Origin: Utricularia gibba
Lineage: Eukaryota; Plantae; Magnoliophyta
NCBI GenBank assembly: GCA_002189035.1
Contig: NEEC01000013.1
Coordinates: 1,240,001-1,304,000 of the forward strand
Direction: 5' to 3'
DNA: 64,000 nucleotides
In this document: piece after piece, positions 25,301 through 38,799 of the stretch
Numbering within the stretch: the first letter of the stretch is position 1
Layout: each line of letters begins with the position of its first letter
Notes under the pieces: model-generated
Seen by the model: only the letters and a program-made list of their open reading frames with translations
Databases searched by the model: none
Told to the model about the DNA's origin: nothing
Made by a program: the position numbers and the translations under genes

Positions 25301-26269
25301 ATGACAGGACCAAAGTTTGCAATAGCAAGACAGAGATACACACAGCTGTGAAGACGAAGACGAAGACGAATAAAAAAAATAGAAACTTCAAAGCCCAAGC
25401 ACATTCCTAGAGTTTACTTGGTAGCCAATGCATGGACCCGCTGGCGGAGGCACTGCCAATTAGAGTTGCAACCCATTCGTTTTGAAACCAAACGGTTTTT
25501 TCGAACCTTTGGTTCATAAACTATGTTTCATATTGAATATGGTTCCAATTCCAAAGACTAATTTTAAGGCATTCACATGAGACGTTTCATATGTTAGTGA
25601 AACATGTTTTTTAGAATATTTTTTAAACTCCCGTTGTTAAGAATATTTAGAAATGATTTTGAAGATATAGCATGTTTTTTTGAGGCAAATACATAAACTG
25701 TTGAGGTTGTATTAAAACACATTGTTCTTATAAATATTTTTTCAAATTTCCATAACCGTTATTAATGATGTCTGAAACCATTTAAAAACAAAACCAATAA
25801 TTCATCCGTTTTGAACTGTCAATTCTGCATACAGACATTCACATTATCAAACTATTTCTAATTCGAACTGATTATAACTCTATTGCCAATGCCCATTGCT
25901 TTAGCCTTTGAGTTCAAGTGCAACGACGGTAGCAAACATGGGAAAATAAGCAGAACCCAATCACGAGATGTGGTCGTTTCATTTTGTTGGACACTGAACA
26001 TCAGTTGGTATGTCAAATTTTAAGGACAGGCAGAGCATCTTGTTGCTGATTTGGAAACTTTACTTTACAGTTCACGCCACCCGTGCAATTCGATGCGGTC
26101 AACCAGAAACAATAATCAGTTCTAGGGGCAATTTGAAACACAGAATGCAAAAATTCAAACACGATAGAGATTAGAGATGCAGTCAGGGAAGGGGCTGCTC
26201 ACCCCAGTGCTCTGAATTTAACAAGGTCACAAAGCAACAGCATTGGAAAACTCATTTCCTAAATGTTTT

Positions 26270-26391
26270 TCAAGAGTATATATAGAATGACAAAATCTTG
26301 TCATCAAAAACACTGGCAAGCAAGCATGATCTCACATCAGTCTTCAACGGGGGTCCAAAGGCGGCCGTCCAGGCTTGGGTGCTGTGGTTGT
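26270..26391 (-). pseudogene. Orphan duplicate of the VIP3 C-terminus, split by the LTR element (continues at 31940-31963)
   Basis: Reads ...AWTAAFGPPLKTDVRSCLLASVFDDKILSFYIYS* against the intact ...AQVWAVAFGPPLKTDVRSCLLASVSDDKSLSFYIYS*. Downstream 3' flank is shared (about 25400-26270 vs 44260-45166). Confidence 0.9.
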
Positions 26392-29300
26392 TGTTGGTGA
26401 ATGATGGAGAAAAGAAGAACCGGTCGAGAATCACAGGAAGCCAAACCAGCAATCTGCGAGAATGAACTAGAATCTGAGATATCGCGCGAGAATGAACTAG
26501 AATCGAAGGAACTGGTGATTGTAGGTGACACGGCTGCTGATATAACAGGCCCTTTGGGCTCAATGCATTGAAACCCACCAGTACTAAAGCCCGATTCAAG
26601 GCCCATCTGTGGTACTGATCGGCCCAACAGCCCATGTGAAGTAAGACGGACTCGACAAGCAAGAATGCAGAAGAAAACTGACAGCAACTAAACGACACAA
26701 CAAGGGCTAGTTTATTTGCTATAAATACCTGCTCATGTATCAAAACATTATGATTTTTGCCTCAAAAAACAACCGAACAACAACGTTTTCCATATCTCTT
26801 TCACCAAATATTCTTCAAAGATCCCTGTTCTTCAAGCTATCTGCTTCAACCAAAATGCTAATATGGTGAACCCGACATGAACCTTGTTTCTTCACCTTTC
26901 CTTCTACACTCTAACTTTGACACGAGTGTTCCTCTTAGAAGATCTTATGGCCTCCAATTTCAATCAACCGGCACCAACATTCTTTGGAAATGAGTATGAA
27001 CAGTGGGCCAACAAGATGAGGTACTACCTGCATGCCTGCAAACTGTGGGATGTGGTCTCAACAAACTATGCAAGCCCAATAGAAGAAGAACGAGCTACTT
27101 GGGATGAGAAAGCTGATTAGGCGCAGGTAGTGCTGGGTGGAGCTATAACTGGAGACATGTATGATCTCATCATGAATTGCACCACCCCTAAGCAAACATG
27201 GGACACGCTGGCGTCGATATATGGAAGTGACATACAAACAACAGCCATAGAGAAATCGCAACTATGGAAACAATATGAGACTCTGAAAATCCTACCAGGT
27301 TAGTCAATCTCCAATTTCTCTAAAGAACTAACCAAAGTCGTTTCAGGACGTGAATGTCTGGGAGAAAAAATTGAAGATTGCAGACTATGTGCTAAAATTA
27401 TCAGTGTCATACCCCCACAATATGAATATGCCCTAGCTCCATTCAAATTCAACGGACGCATTCATTCAATGAGTTCTAAACAACTTCTCCAAGGGCTAAA
27501 AGGAGCGGAGTTCAAACCCTATGTACTAGACCCGACACAAGTCTCCCATGTGGCCTTCAAAGCTCACGAGACTAGATTTCCCTGGAAGGAGCACACTGTT
27601 GATGCCTCTCATTCTCCTACCTTTGCTCCTGTCAAAGCAGAAAAAGATGGAGATGGAAACCCCTGCACTTATTGTAAGCAAAAAGGGCACTCATCGGGGC
27701 AATGCATCTGGAACTCGGAGGCCAATTGCCACTACTATCTGCTCAAGGGTCACGTGGACCATGTCTACCCTTTGGAAAAATATCACTAGTTGGGTGGGAA
27801 GACCATCGATCCTATGGACAAGCTAACCAACTCGATCAATGATGTATCTGTTGCACCTGAGGGAATAAGAAGAAAGTAGACTTTTATCCTCTATGTCAAA
27901 ATACCCTAATCACTTCATTCACAAACATGCGAAAACATGCAATATGGCTTGTCAATAATGGCTGCAACCACCATCTAACGGACGATGAAAGCATATTCTC
28001 AAGCATATTGGGACTTCCAGATAAATACATTGAGATTGCAGATGGGAAGATGTTACGTGTCATTGGAATAGGAACTGTGTGTATAGAGACTGAGCAAAGA
28101 CTGGTGAAAATTTCTGATGTGTATTTAGTACTACAAATATCCCATAACTTGCTGAGCTCTGGACAATTGGTAGAGAAGGGATTCAAAGTGCATCATGAAA
28201 ACCGCAAGTGTATTATAAGAGATGCTGAAGACAACATCATACTCATTGCCAATATGATCTATCGAGTCTTTCCTCTTGTGCTTACAAAGCCTTTCTACAC
28301 CAGGGATGTCTATCTTAAGGCAACAGAAAACTTGAAACTGTGGCATCAGAGACTTGATCACCACCACTACGCCTCACTATTGACACTGAAAAGGAAACAA
28401 CTTGCTGAGGGAATCCCATAATTGAGTGACAAAGAGGAAAACTATCAGATTTGCCTCGAATGTAAAATGAGCTGGAATACCTTACCCAAAGTCAAGACTC
28501 ACTCTGAACGCAAGTTGGAGGTTGTAACCAGCGATATTCGTGACCCCATGTCTATACCTACCAGTGCGGGAAATAATTATGTGACATTCATTGACGAACA
28601 TACTAAGTATACCTGAATATATCTGCTGAAACGCAAGGTGGAGGTGCAGTACTACTTCAGGATCTTCAAATCCCCGACTGAAGCACAAAGTGGATGTAAA
28701 ATATTAACTCTCCGATCAGACAATGGCGGTGAATACAAGTCAATTGAGTTAAAAAACTTGTGTGAGGACGATGGCATCGTCTACTAGTTTATCGCACTAT
28801 ACACCTCGGAACAAAATGGAATCTGTGAGCAGAAGAATCAAGCCATTGTCAACATGGCGAGATGTCTCTTGTATCAAAAGAATTTACCTCGAGAGTTCTG
28901 TGGCGAGGCAGTGAACACAGTGGTGTACTTGCTGAACCGATTGCCTACAAAGGGTACTAAGGACTATAAATCTCCGTATGAACTCTGGTTTAATAGAGTC
29001 CCTAACCTAGAGCACATGAAAATATTTGGCTCATTTATATCCCTAAAGAAAAACAGATGAAGTTGGACAAACGATCGAAACCTGGAATATTTTTGGGTTA
29101 TGCGGATGTTAGCAAGGCATTCAGAGTATTGAACCTGCGAACTCAAGAAGTTGAAATTAGTCTTGATATTACGGTGGATGAGGAAAATACTCATCAATGG
29201 GGAAACACTTCAGTGGATCGAGACACTTACACTAGAACAGTGCATCACCTGTTTCCCTCAGTTAGACATCTGAACAACCTGGAAGATGATACCTCCATTA

Positions 29301-31939
29301 TTCTCGAACAGATTACCCAAAGTGGTGAAAATGTTCATCAACTAGATTCCTCAGAAGGAACCACAACTATGAATGAGTCAAGCGAACAGCAAACACATGT
29401 ACTACCAACTTCAAGAGGAATACACACTCAAGAAAATGTAAGTCTACATCCTCAATGTACACAACAACTGACAACCAACAATGAACTAACTCAGACACCT
29501 CAAGAATCCACTCATGCAATTAATATGGAAGGCATCAACCAACTAGAAGTAAATCTCAATGAGGACAGACCAGTGTTAAATGATGAAGAAGGTGACCTAG
29601 AACTCTCACCTATCCGAGTGCCAGATGGCACGGACCCTGATTCAGATGCTTCAGAAGAAGCCTCAAATCGATCTCATGAAGACTCCTCACTGGCGCCGCA
29701 CTCATCCTATGCCATCTGGAGACCAATACTTCTCCCTACTAGCAACAGAGCTAATTATCTCGAAGACTATGGAGTAAGCCGGGAAGAATTACTTTATTCT
29801 CCCCATCATCTTAGCATCTGCTTCTCTGACTACGAAGATGAAATCCCGAAAAAGGGGTATAGATCTCTCCAAGATATCTATGATCGGTGCCTCCTGGTTC
29901 ACGAACCCATTGGAGTCTATGAAGCACTCAAGTTCCCAGAATGGTGAAATGCCATGGATATTGAATTGGCGTCAATCTGGAAACATGATGTATGGATGGC
30001 TGTGCCGAGACCTCCAAATATTAAACCCCTAGAACTGAAATGGATATTTAAAGCCAAGTTGAATCCAGATGAGACTCTAAATAAACTCAAAGCTCGCTTA
30101 GTCATGAAAGGATAATTGCAAAATGCTGGAATTGATTACCTTGAGACCTTTGCGCCAGTTGCTAGACTTGATACCATGAAGCTTATTATAGCTCTATCAG
30201 CCTATCACAGATGAACACTACATCATTTAGACATCAAGAGTGCATTCTTGAATGGGGAATTGAATGAAGAAATATATGTAAAACCTCCACCGAGATTTAT
30301 CATTGAAGATCAGCCTGATTACGTTCTGAAACTGAATAAAACACTATATGGGCTTAAACAGGTGCCGAAGGAGTGGTATTCCACAATTGACAAGTTTTTC
30401 CTGGAACAAGGATACATCTGGAGCAAAAATGACACTACCTTATACATTCTAGACAACTCTAAGGGCAAAGTTATTGTCACACTCTATGTCGACGATATTT
30501 TGATCACAGGGAATAATGACGAGCTCATTATCGAAGAGAAGGAACTGTTGCAACTTCAATTTGACTTAACTGATCTCGGCCTTGCCCGATATTTCCTTGG
30601 GATAGAGATCCTACAGAATGAAAACTTTATATTCAAAAACCAGAAGAAGTACACGGATGACCTATTGAAAAGAATGAATATGCAAAACACAAGACCTGCA
30701 TCCATGCCCTTCTCACGAGATGAGAAACAGAGAGCAAACTATCTAAAGGCAAATACCAGGCAAAACCTGTAAATATGCTCGAGTTCCAAAAACTTATCGG
30801 CTCTCTACTCTATCTCACCATCACTAGACCAAACATCACTTATGCCATATCCTTCCTCTCAAGATATATGCACATGCCACACACAATTCACATGCAAATA
30901 GCCAAAAAGATACTCAAGTACCTGAATTCCACAATTCATCTAGGATTATACTTCAAGAAAGGCACTAACCTCATTTTACAGGGCTTCGTCGATTCTGATT
31001 TTTCAGGAAACGAAGTTGTAAATCCATTACTGGGTACCTCTTCAACCTGGGATCAGCAGCGTTCTCTTGGAATAGCAAGAGAGAAGATGTTGTAGCGCAG
31101 TCATCGGCTGAGGCGGAATATATAGCCGGATCAATAGCAGTGAACCACGCCCAATGGCTAATCAAACTTTGTGAAGACCTGAAAATCCAAATCAACCGTC
31201 CAATTAGTCTAAAAATTCATAACAAGTCAGCAATCAGTATCGCTCAAAACCCGATAATGAAGAACGAAGCACATCAAGATTAAGTATCATGTGCTTAGAG
31301 ATTAAGTACATGGAGGATCTATAAAGCTGGAATATATACCTTAGGAGGATCAGGCCGCAGATATACTCACCAAGAGTCTTTTCCCCAAAAATTTTAATAG
31401 GATTTGCCAACTGCTAGGGCTTCGAATAAATCTTGAAATTGATTCAACCAGATCTTCTCTACCCCATCAAGGAGGAATGTTGGTGAATGATGGAGAAAAG
31501 AAGAATCAATCGAGAATCACAGGAAGCCAAACCAGCAATTTGCAAGAAGAATCTAAGATATCGCACGAGAATGAACCAGAATCGAAGGAATTGGTGATTG
31601 CAGGGGCCAAGGCTGCTGATATAACATGCTCTTTGGGCTCAATGCACTGGAACCCGCCAGTACTAAAGTCCGATTCAAGGCCCATCTGTGGTACTGATTG
31701 GCCCAACAGCCCATGTGAAGTAAGACGGACTCGACAAGCAAGAATGCAGAAGAAAATTGACAGCTGCTAAAAGACGCAACAACAGCTATTTTATTTGCTA
31801 TAAGTACCTGCTCATGTATCAAAACATTATGCTTTTTGCCTCAAAAAACAACCAAACAACATCTTCCATATCTCTTTCACCAAATATTCTTCAAAGATTC
31901 CTGCTCTTCAGGCTATCTACTTCAACCAAAATGCTAATA
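26392..31939 (+). mobile_element. Full-structure but decayed Ty1/copia LTR retrotransposon (element 1)
   Basis: 5' LTR 26392-26863 and 3' LTR 31478-31939, both TGTTGG...CTAATA. TSD GTTGT at 26387-26391 and 31940-31944; PBS at 26864-26881; PPT AAGGAGGAA. Domain order gag, protease (LVNNGCNHHLT), integrase, RT, RNase H, with many stops and frameshifts. Confidence 0.95.
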
Positions 31940-31957
31940 GTTGTTCATGATCTGAGA

Positions 31958-32272
31958 AGCTACCGATTACCCAAACCCAAGTGCCCTTCCGTCTCCTGTG
32001 GCAAGAGCAGTTTCTACGAGAAGCGACTATGGTTGAAGCTGTTGCCCTTGCTCCAGGTGCTGTTCTTGTTCCTTACCATCTACACTTCCTTCCCTAAATG
32101 CCCCAAGTGTAGCTGCATCCCTAAATGCCTCAAGTGTAGCTGCATCTCTAAATGCCCCAAGTGTAGCTGCATCTCTAAATGCCCAAAATGTATCTGCATC
32201 TCCAAATGCCCCAAGTCCAAGTGCTCTTGTAATTTTTTTAAAAGTTGTATCTACCCTTGCTGCTTCTGTTAG
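31958..32272 (+). pseudogene. Orphan duplicate of the G-gamma Cys-rich tail exon (four full 9-aa repeats plus a partial)
   Basis: RLPKPKCPSVSCGKSS...PKCPKCSCIPKCLKCSCISKCPKCSCISKCPKCICISKCPKSKCSCNFFKSCIYPCCFC*. The 3' flank to about 32600 matches 12076-12400. Confidence 0.92.
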
Positions 32273-32539
32273 TAAAACCAGCCCTTGAATCCTTGTAATT
32301 GTGCATCAATTTCACTATTTTGTTATTGATGCTTCTGTTCTTAAGGTTTTGGTGTTTGGAGAACTCACCAAGGACAGCACAATAATTCAATTATTCAAAC
32401 AAATTAGGATCCTGCTAAACAAGAATAGGCTCCAGTTCTAGTAGAGAGCATTGACTCGATAGATGGATACCTCAAGTTCAATGTTAGTCATCGTCCATGT
32501 GTAGGTAACTTCTTGAGAATCGCTAAATGTAATAGAGAA

Positions 32540-33098
32540 GGTTGGCTAGTTGACATGTCCTAGATCATGGAGGTTCTTGCCATGGTTTCGACGTCAGAGG
32601 CACATTGAATCTCTTTAGTTAGGGACCGGCCGGAGGCACGAAGTACTCGATTGAAAGTACGAGGATCAATTGAAGGCCATAGGCCGGAATGCAATAGGGT
32701 ATGTTGGAGCTCGATCGTTAGGGACCAGTCGGAATGCGGTAGGAAAGAATGCGGGAGTGCGTTTGCGGTAGTTTAGGAAGTACTTGACTTAAAAGGAATA
32801 GGTTGGATTTCATAAACCAACATATTCTTTTTTCTACTCTACGATCATTTCAGCTCTCCGTCGCAACGAGCAGCATAATCACTGTTGGCGAAAAAAAAAA
32901 GAAAAGAATCAAATGCATTGCACGGTATCTGAGCCTAGAAGGCAATGTAGTCATCATTTTTAGCATCATTCACGAGCCCAGGATTGTCTACTTTGCTCCA
33001 ATGGCATAAGGCATTACATTGTAATATGTAGCCACATCCTCAATCAAGGATATGGTGTTATCTGATGTCATAATTTGCTCCGATTCTATGATAGTTGG
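32540..33098 (-). pseudogene. 3' part of the subtilase relic, unit 3, interrupted by insertions
   Basis: Matches 12350-12600 (gtcctagatcatggag..., gcaatgtagtcatc...tagcatcat..acga.ccc.ggattgtct). Confidence 0.75.
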
Positions 33099-36000
33099 TA
33101 AAGAAACCATGGCTACAATGCCTTGAAAGAATAAAAATAGTGAAATAATTTCTACTCGAGATGATTGAAAGCAAATACACGTGAAGCCTTTTTATAGGCA
33201 ATGCTAGGTTAGTTTTAAAAATATGAAAGAACGCATCGCATCACCACTTTCTCTCAACCGCTATGGATAAGTCTTGACCAGGTAACATGTCACATTGATT
33301 ATCCTAAATGCGGGTTCAGGTGGCATCGACTATATCGTGACTCTGAACGTTCCGTATAGACAAGTAAGTCTCCTTATCTCCCCTATCCTTATAACTCCAT
33401 TCTACCTTATTACTTCATTGACCATCTCTTTCAACACCCTTGCTCAAACTTAGCTGGGGTTTGAGGCTAAGTTTGGTTCGGAAGTATAGCAGTCTCTCTA
33501 TTGGCATTCGCTTAGTGAAGAGATCAGCGAATTGATGTTGAGTCGAAACGTGTCGAGTCACTAGATAGCCTAGTGCCACCTCTCCCGAACAAAGTGATTA
33601 TCAATCTCGACATGCTTGTTGTGTGAGTGAAGAACCGGATTGATGGTGAGATGTAAGGCACTTAGGCTGTCACAGTACAATATTGGTGGTGAGGGAAGCT
33701 TGATCCTTAAATCTCTCAATAGAAACTATAACCAGGTTACTTCAGCAGCTGCATATGTCATAGCATGATACTTTGCCTCTGTATTGGATCTTGAGATAGT
33801 GTGTTGCTTCTTCGAGCTCCAAGATATAGGATTGTGCCCTAGCAGAACACAATAGCCTGTGACAGATCGTCAGGTAAACAAGCAACCGCCCCAATCTACA
33901 TCTGAATAGGCTTCTAAATGAAGTGAGGTATGGCACTGATATGCAAGCCCAAGATGTAGTGTCCCTTTGATGTACTTCAAAATTCGAGTAGCTAACGAAT
34001 TTCCCAACCACTAATAAGAGCAATAGAAAGAATAAGACGAATGGTGCCTGGGCGAATCATAGGGGAGAATGTCTCAATGTAATCAAGATCATCAACTTGA
34101 TTATACCCTTTGGCTACAAGGCGAGCTTTGAGGCGATCAAGGGAACCATCAGGTTTAAGTTTCGCTTTGAACACCCACTTGCACCCAATGACGTGTTGTG
34201 TTTCCTCCCGTGGGACAAGAGTCCATGTATTATTTTGGTGAAGAGCGTGGAGTTCTTCGGACATAGCATGTTTCCAACCGACGTGAGAAAGCGCCTCTTT
34301 GACACTCCTAGGTTTAGAAGGCACGGAGGTATAGTGGTACAAGGCATACTTGGGGTTTGGTTTGAAAATTCTATGATGGGACCGGGTGGCCATAGAATGA
34401 GAGCGCGATATAGGATATGGATCAGTAGGCGTAGGAGCGGAGTCACGGACAGCCGAAGGGTCGCAGGGAGAAGATGGGGTTTGGGGTAGGCTAAGGGTAG
34501 AAGCATCGAGGCGGGTGAGGGAGGGTGGTGAAGGGGGATGGATGTCCAGGGAGGTTGGGGGGTTATCATCATGAGAAAACGAGTTGAGTGGGGGCGAGTC
34601 GGGTGGAGGACCCCTGGAGAGGAGAGGGAGACAGCACAGGGGCGAGGGTGATGGGTGTGAGGTCGACTTGAGTACTAGGAGAGTCAACATGGCTAGGGGA
34701 AGGAGGGCAATAAGGGAAAGGGGATGGGGGTATGGTGACGATGGGGTCGGCTAAAGTACAAGGGGGTCAGTAGGGGTAAGAGAAGAAGAGAGAGTTGGTA
34801 AGAGAGCAGGGAAGGGAGAGTTGACCACAGGAGCAGTGAGGGTGAGTTGGTGGGGCTCATCATCGTCCAACCTATCATGAAGCCATGTTTCACATAGGTG
34901 AGCAACTAAAGCAGGGGGTGGAGGGGAGGGATTAATAGATTTAAATGGAAATGTGTTTTCATCAAAAATAACATGACGAGAGATGTACAATTTTTTTTTT
35001 TTTTGGCTGGATCATAACATGAATAGCCATTATGACTCACATTATATCCTAGGAAGACAGATAAAGTGGTTTTTGGAGAAAATTTATGGTGCTTACAATC
35101 CCACAAATAAGGGAAGCACTTTGAACCAAAAATGCGTAAAATAGAGTAATCTCGATATGAACCAAACAAAGTGAAGTAGGGTGACTCCTTGTATAAAGCC
35201 AGTGAGGGCAATCGATTTTGGAGGTATATTGCAATAGCAAAGGCTTCAACCTAGAAGGTGAGGGGGAGGCCACTGTGGAACAACATGATCATACCATATT
35301 CACGAATGGTGCTATGATGACGTTCTGCCATCCCCATCTGTTCAGGAGTGTGCGGCCATGTGAAGTGGTGAATCATACCTATCTTAAGAAAGTGAGTTTT
35401 TAGAGAGAAATTGACAAATTCGCTCCCATTGTCAATGAGAAGTACTTTAATGGTTGCATGAAATTGTCTGAAAATATATGCCTCAAATTGAAAAAAGGTA
35501 GAGATAAAATCACTTTTTTGATGAAGGGGAAAGAACCACATAAAGCGAGTGTAGGCATCAACAAAGTAAGGATAATATTTAAAACCATTACGAGAGAGAA
35601 CTGGTGGCGGGCCCCATAAATCACAATAGAGTTTTTCAAAAGGGCTTTTTGATTCAACTGTAGAATTGGAAAACGGCAATTTAAAAAGTTTGCCATACTG
35701 ACAACTATCACAAAAAGTGGACTGACGTGGGTTGATCACCGAGATGAAACCTTTATTTTTGAGAAACGACACCATTGAGTCTTGAGGGTGTCCAAGACGT
35801 TGATGCTATTTTTCAAGGGAACATGACTTAAAACGAAAAGAAAAGAACGCTTCAAACGGTTGTTTGATCACATAAAGGCCTTCCCTACGCTGCCCGGTTG
35901 CTCGATTCTCCCCTGTTGTTGAATCCTTAACAAACATATTAGTGTCAGTATATTCACAGTTGACATTATGTTGAGTAGTAAGGTGTGAAACAGAGAGAAG

Positions 36001-37639
36001 GTTTTTGGTGAGTTGTGGCACATATAAGACATCATGTAAAAGAATGGAGGAATGATTGTGGGTAAGAGAAGAATTTCCCACACCAACGATGGGTAGTGCT
36101 GAGCCGTCTCCTATTTTCATAGCATCAGTACCTGCATATGGGAGTATGTTATTAAAGACATGTTTCGAACCTGTCATGTGATTGGTGGCACCGGTGTCTA
36201 CGGTCCACTCTGTATCACAAAGAGTGTTGTCCAGTGTTAAGGAGGCCAAAGCTTGAGGGAGTGGTTCACTTGTAGGTTCAGGTTGTGGACCTGGAAGTCG
36301 CCAGCAAATTTTTGCAATATGCCCTTGTACATCACAAATTTGGCAGATCTGATGTTTATATTGTTCACACTCTACAAGTGTCATCCTGCACTTGCCTGGG
36401 GGAGGTGGTGGTGCATGACCCCGCCTATCAAAGGTGCGTGTTGGTGCCTGCTGAGAAGAGTCCTTTGGACTAGTTGTAGATTGTTTTATATGACTTTGAC
36501 GACCTTGAGCTTGGAAGCCTCATCCTTATGAGACAAATTTTGAGTGATTATCATATTGGGTTAGAAAGCCCATCGGTGAGTTTTGAGAGTGAAATTGCTT
36601 CTCTAGGTCTTCATTGATTTTTCGTCAAATCTCAAAGCTGTGTAACTGTGGAATTAAATCTTTGTATGATGGCCGTGGTTCCTTCAGCATGGTGGTGGAG
36701 AATGCATCGTACCCAGGGCAAAGACTAGTTAAGAGAAAATAAACTTTTTCCCCATCAAGAATAATGTCTCCGATGGTAGCCAAGTTGTCACAAACTGTCC
36801 TGAACTGCATCAAATATTCATCAAGCTTTTGATCAGGACTCTTGTGACTTTGTATAAGTTGGTATCGTAGAGCATACCTGCGCTCTTCTGATTTTTGGGC
36901 ATAGGCATCTCGAAGTGTGGACCAGACAGAAGCTACTGTTTCACACCCAATGATCAAAGGCCATGTTTCATTAGAAACTGTGCCAACCATCCAGCTGCGA
37001 AGAAGCCGATCCGAGGTATGCCATTTGGTAAATTCTGCAGATTGTTTTGGGGAGGAAGGGGGATCTTGATCGTCGTAGGCTTGTTCAAATTGTGGTGGTG
37101 GTGGTGGCTACCGTCGAGACCTTGATTTTCTGCAAGACCAAAGACCATCTCCTTCCATAGATTATAGTTTTTGCTGGTGAGTTTCACGGTGATGAAATTT
37201 GCAACAGTGACGGCATTTACGGTAGCCATTGAAGAGAAGACGTGAGGAAGGCGGAAGCTTAGAGGAAATAAATGCTGACCAATGCAAGTGATCAACACTG
37301 CTTTGATACCATAAATAAACCGTGGCTACAATGCCTTGAAAGAATAAAAATGGTGTAATAATTACTACTCAAGATGATTGAAAGCAATTACACGTGAAGA
37401 CTTTTTATAGGCAATGCTAGGTTAGTTCTAAAAATATGGAAGCACGCATGGCATCACCACTTTCTCTCAACCGCCATGGATAAGTCTTGACCATCTCTGA
37501 ACGTTTCCCAAGTGCGGGTTCAGGTGGCATCAACTATATCGTGACTCTGAACGTTTCGTATAGATAAGTCAGTCTCCTTATCTCCCTATCCTTATAACTC
37601 TGTTCTACCTTAATACTCCACTGACCATCTCTTTCAGCA
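33099..37639 (-). mobile_element. Ty1/copia LTR retrotransposon (element 2, Ale/Retrofit-like), non-autonomous
   Basis: LTRs at 33099-33436 and 37312-37639; TSD GTTGG at 33094-33098 and 37640-37644; PBS TGGTATCAAAGC at 37311-37300. Domains gag (TVKLTSKNYNLWKE), protease (WTVDTGATNHMT), integrase (CDLWGPPP) and RT start (KWVFKAKLKPDGSLDRLKARLVAKGY). The RT core is deleted near 33990. Confidence 0.93.
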
Positions 37640-37648
37640 GTTGGGTTG

Positions 37649-38690
37649 TGAAGATAGTCCAATCTATTATTATCGAGTTCGAACTGGTTCAACTACTTCG
37701 AGTCAATCACTAGTCTTGGCCAAGACTAAGTTCACTCAGCTATCTTTTATCTGTTGTGTCCAATCTTGCACGCCATTTTCGCTCAATTCCGTTAGAATCT
37801 TGTAGCGAATTTATGAGCACTTTCTTTTGTTAATGAAATATGTACCATTTTCATCAATTGTATTCTGTGCATTTGACAATTATTATCAGAGCATCATGAC
37901 CTCATAGAACAATAGATCATCTTCATTGTTTGTGCATCCACAAATTCCCTAATTTGATGGTCACTATGATCGGTGGGTCTTACTGATGGAAAATTTCTTG
38001 CACTCAAAGGAATTTTGCGAATTGATTGAGAGAGGGTTGCCCACACATGCTGAAGGTGTGCTATTAACACTCAAATCGCAGAAGGAGTTTAATGAGAAGA
38101 AGATTAGAGATCTAAAGGTAAAGAACTATTTGTTTCAGTCTATAGATCGATGTTACTTGGAAACTATTCTTTGTAAGAATGCTTTTAAGAAAATTTGGGA
38201 AGCTATGACTACAAGATTCTTGGGTAATACATGAGTTAAAAGATCTCATTTGTAGTTATTTAGAAGAGAATTTGTAATCCTTAAAATGAGCAGTGATGAA
38301 AATATCACAGATTATGTTGGAAGTGTGTTTAGAGTTGCAAAAAAAAATGTGCAGCAATGGTGAGCATATGGTTGATAAAAAGGTAGTGGAAAAGATCTTG
38401 CGTTCCCTGATTAATGAGTATGATTAGTTATGTATTCTATTGAGTAATCTAGTAATATGGATGAGCTAACTATTGATGAGCTTCAAGGCTCCTTAGTTGT
38501 GCATGAGCAGAAAATCAAAAGAAACTAGACAAATGGCTCTATAGAACAAGTGCTGATCAATCAAACTAGTGAGATTATCCATAGCATGGGAAGAGGGAGT
38601 CACTTTCATGGTAGAGGCAATGCTAAAAAAAAAAAATAATGGAATGTTATCAATGTCACCAACTTTGTTATGCAGTTGAGAACTTAAACA
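37649..38690 (+). mobile_element. Unit 3 copy of the old copia element found at 18340 (LTR, PBS and gag remnant)
   Basis: LTR and PBS are co-linear with 18340-19200. Gag MENFLHSKEF...DLKVKNYLFQSIDR. The 3' end is approximate. Confidence 0.8.
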
Positions 38691-38799
38691 TGGTTTCATT
38701 ATATCCTATTTTCGTGAGAGTTCTGTTACCTTTTGTGTCTATAAAAGCATTTGTCCATAACTTGTATTGTCATCATCCTATTTTTGTCTATCATACAAA

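Noticed and set aside
29057-29947. 296-aa ORF with a low-complexity Q/T/E-rich middle
   Set aside because: It is the integrase C-terminus and integrase-RT linker of copia element 1, not a host gene.
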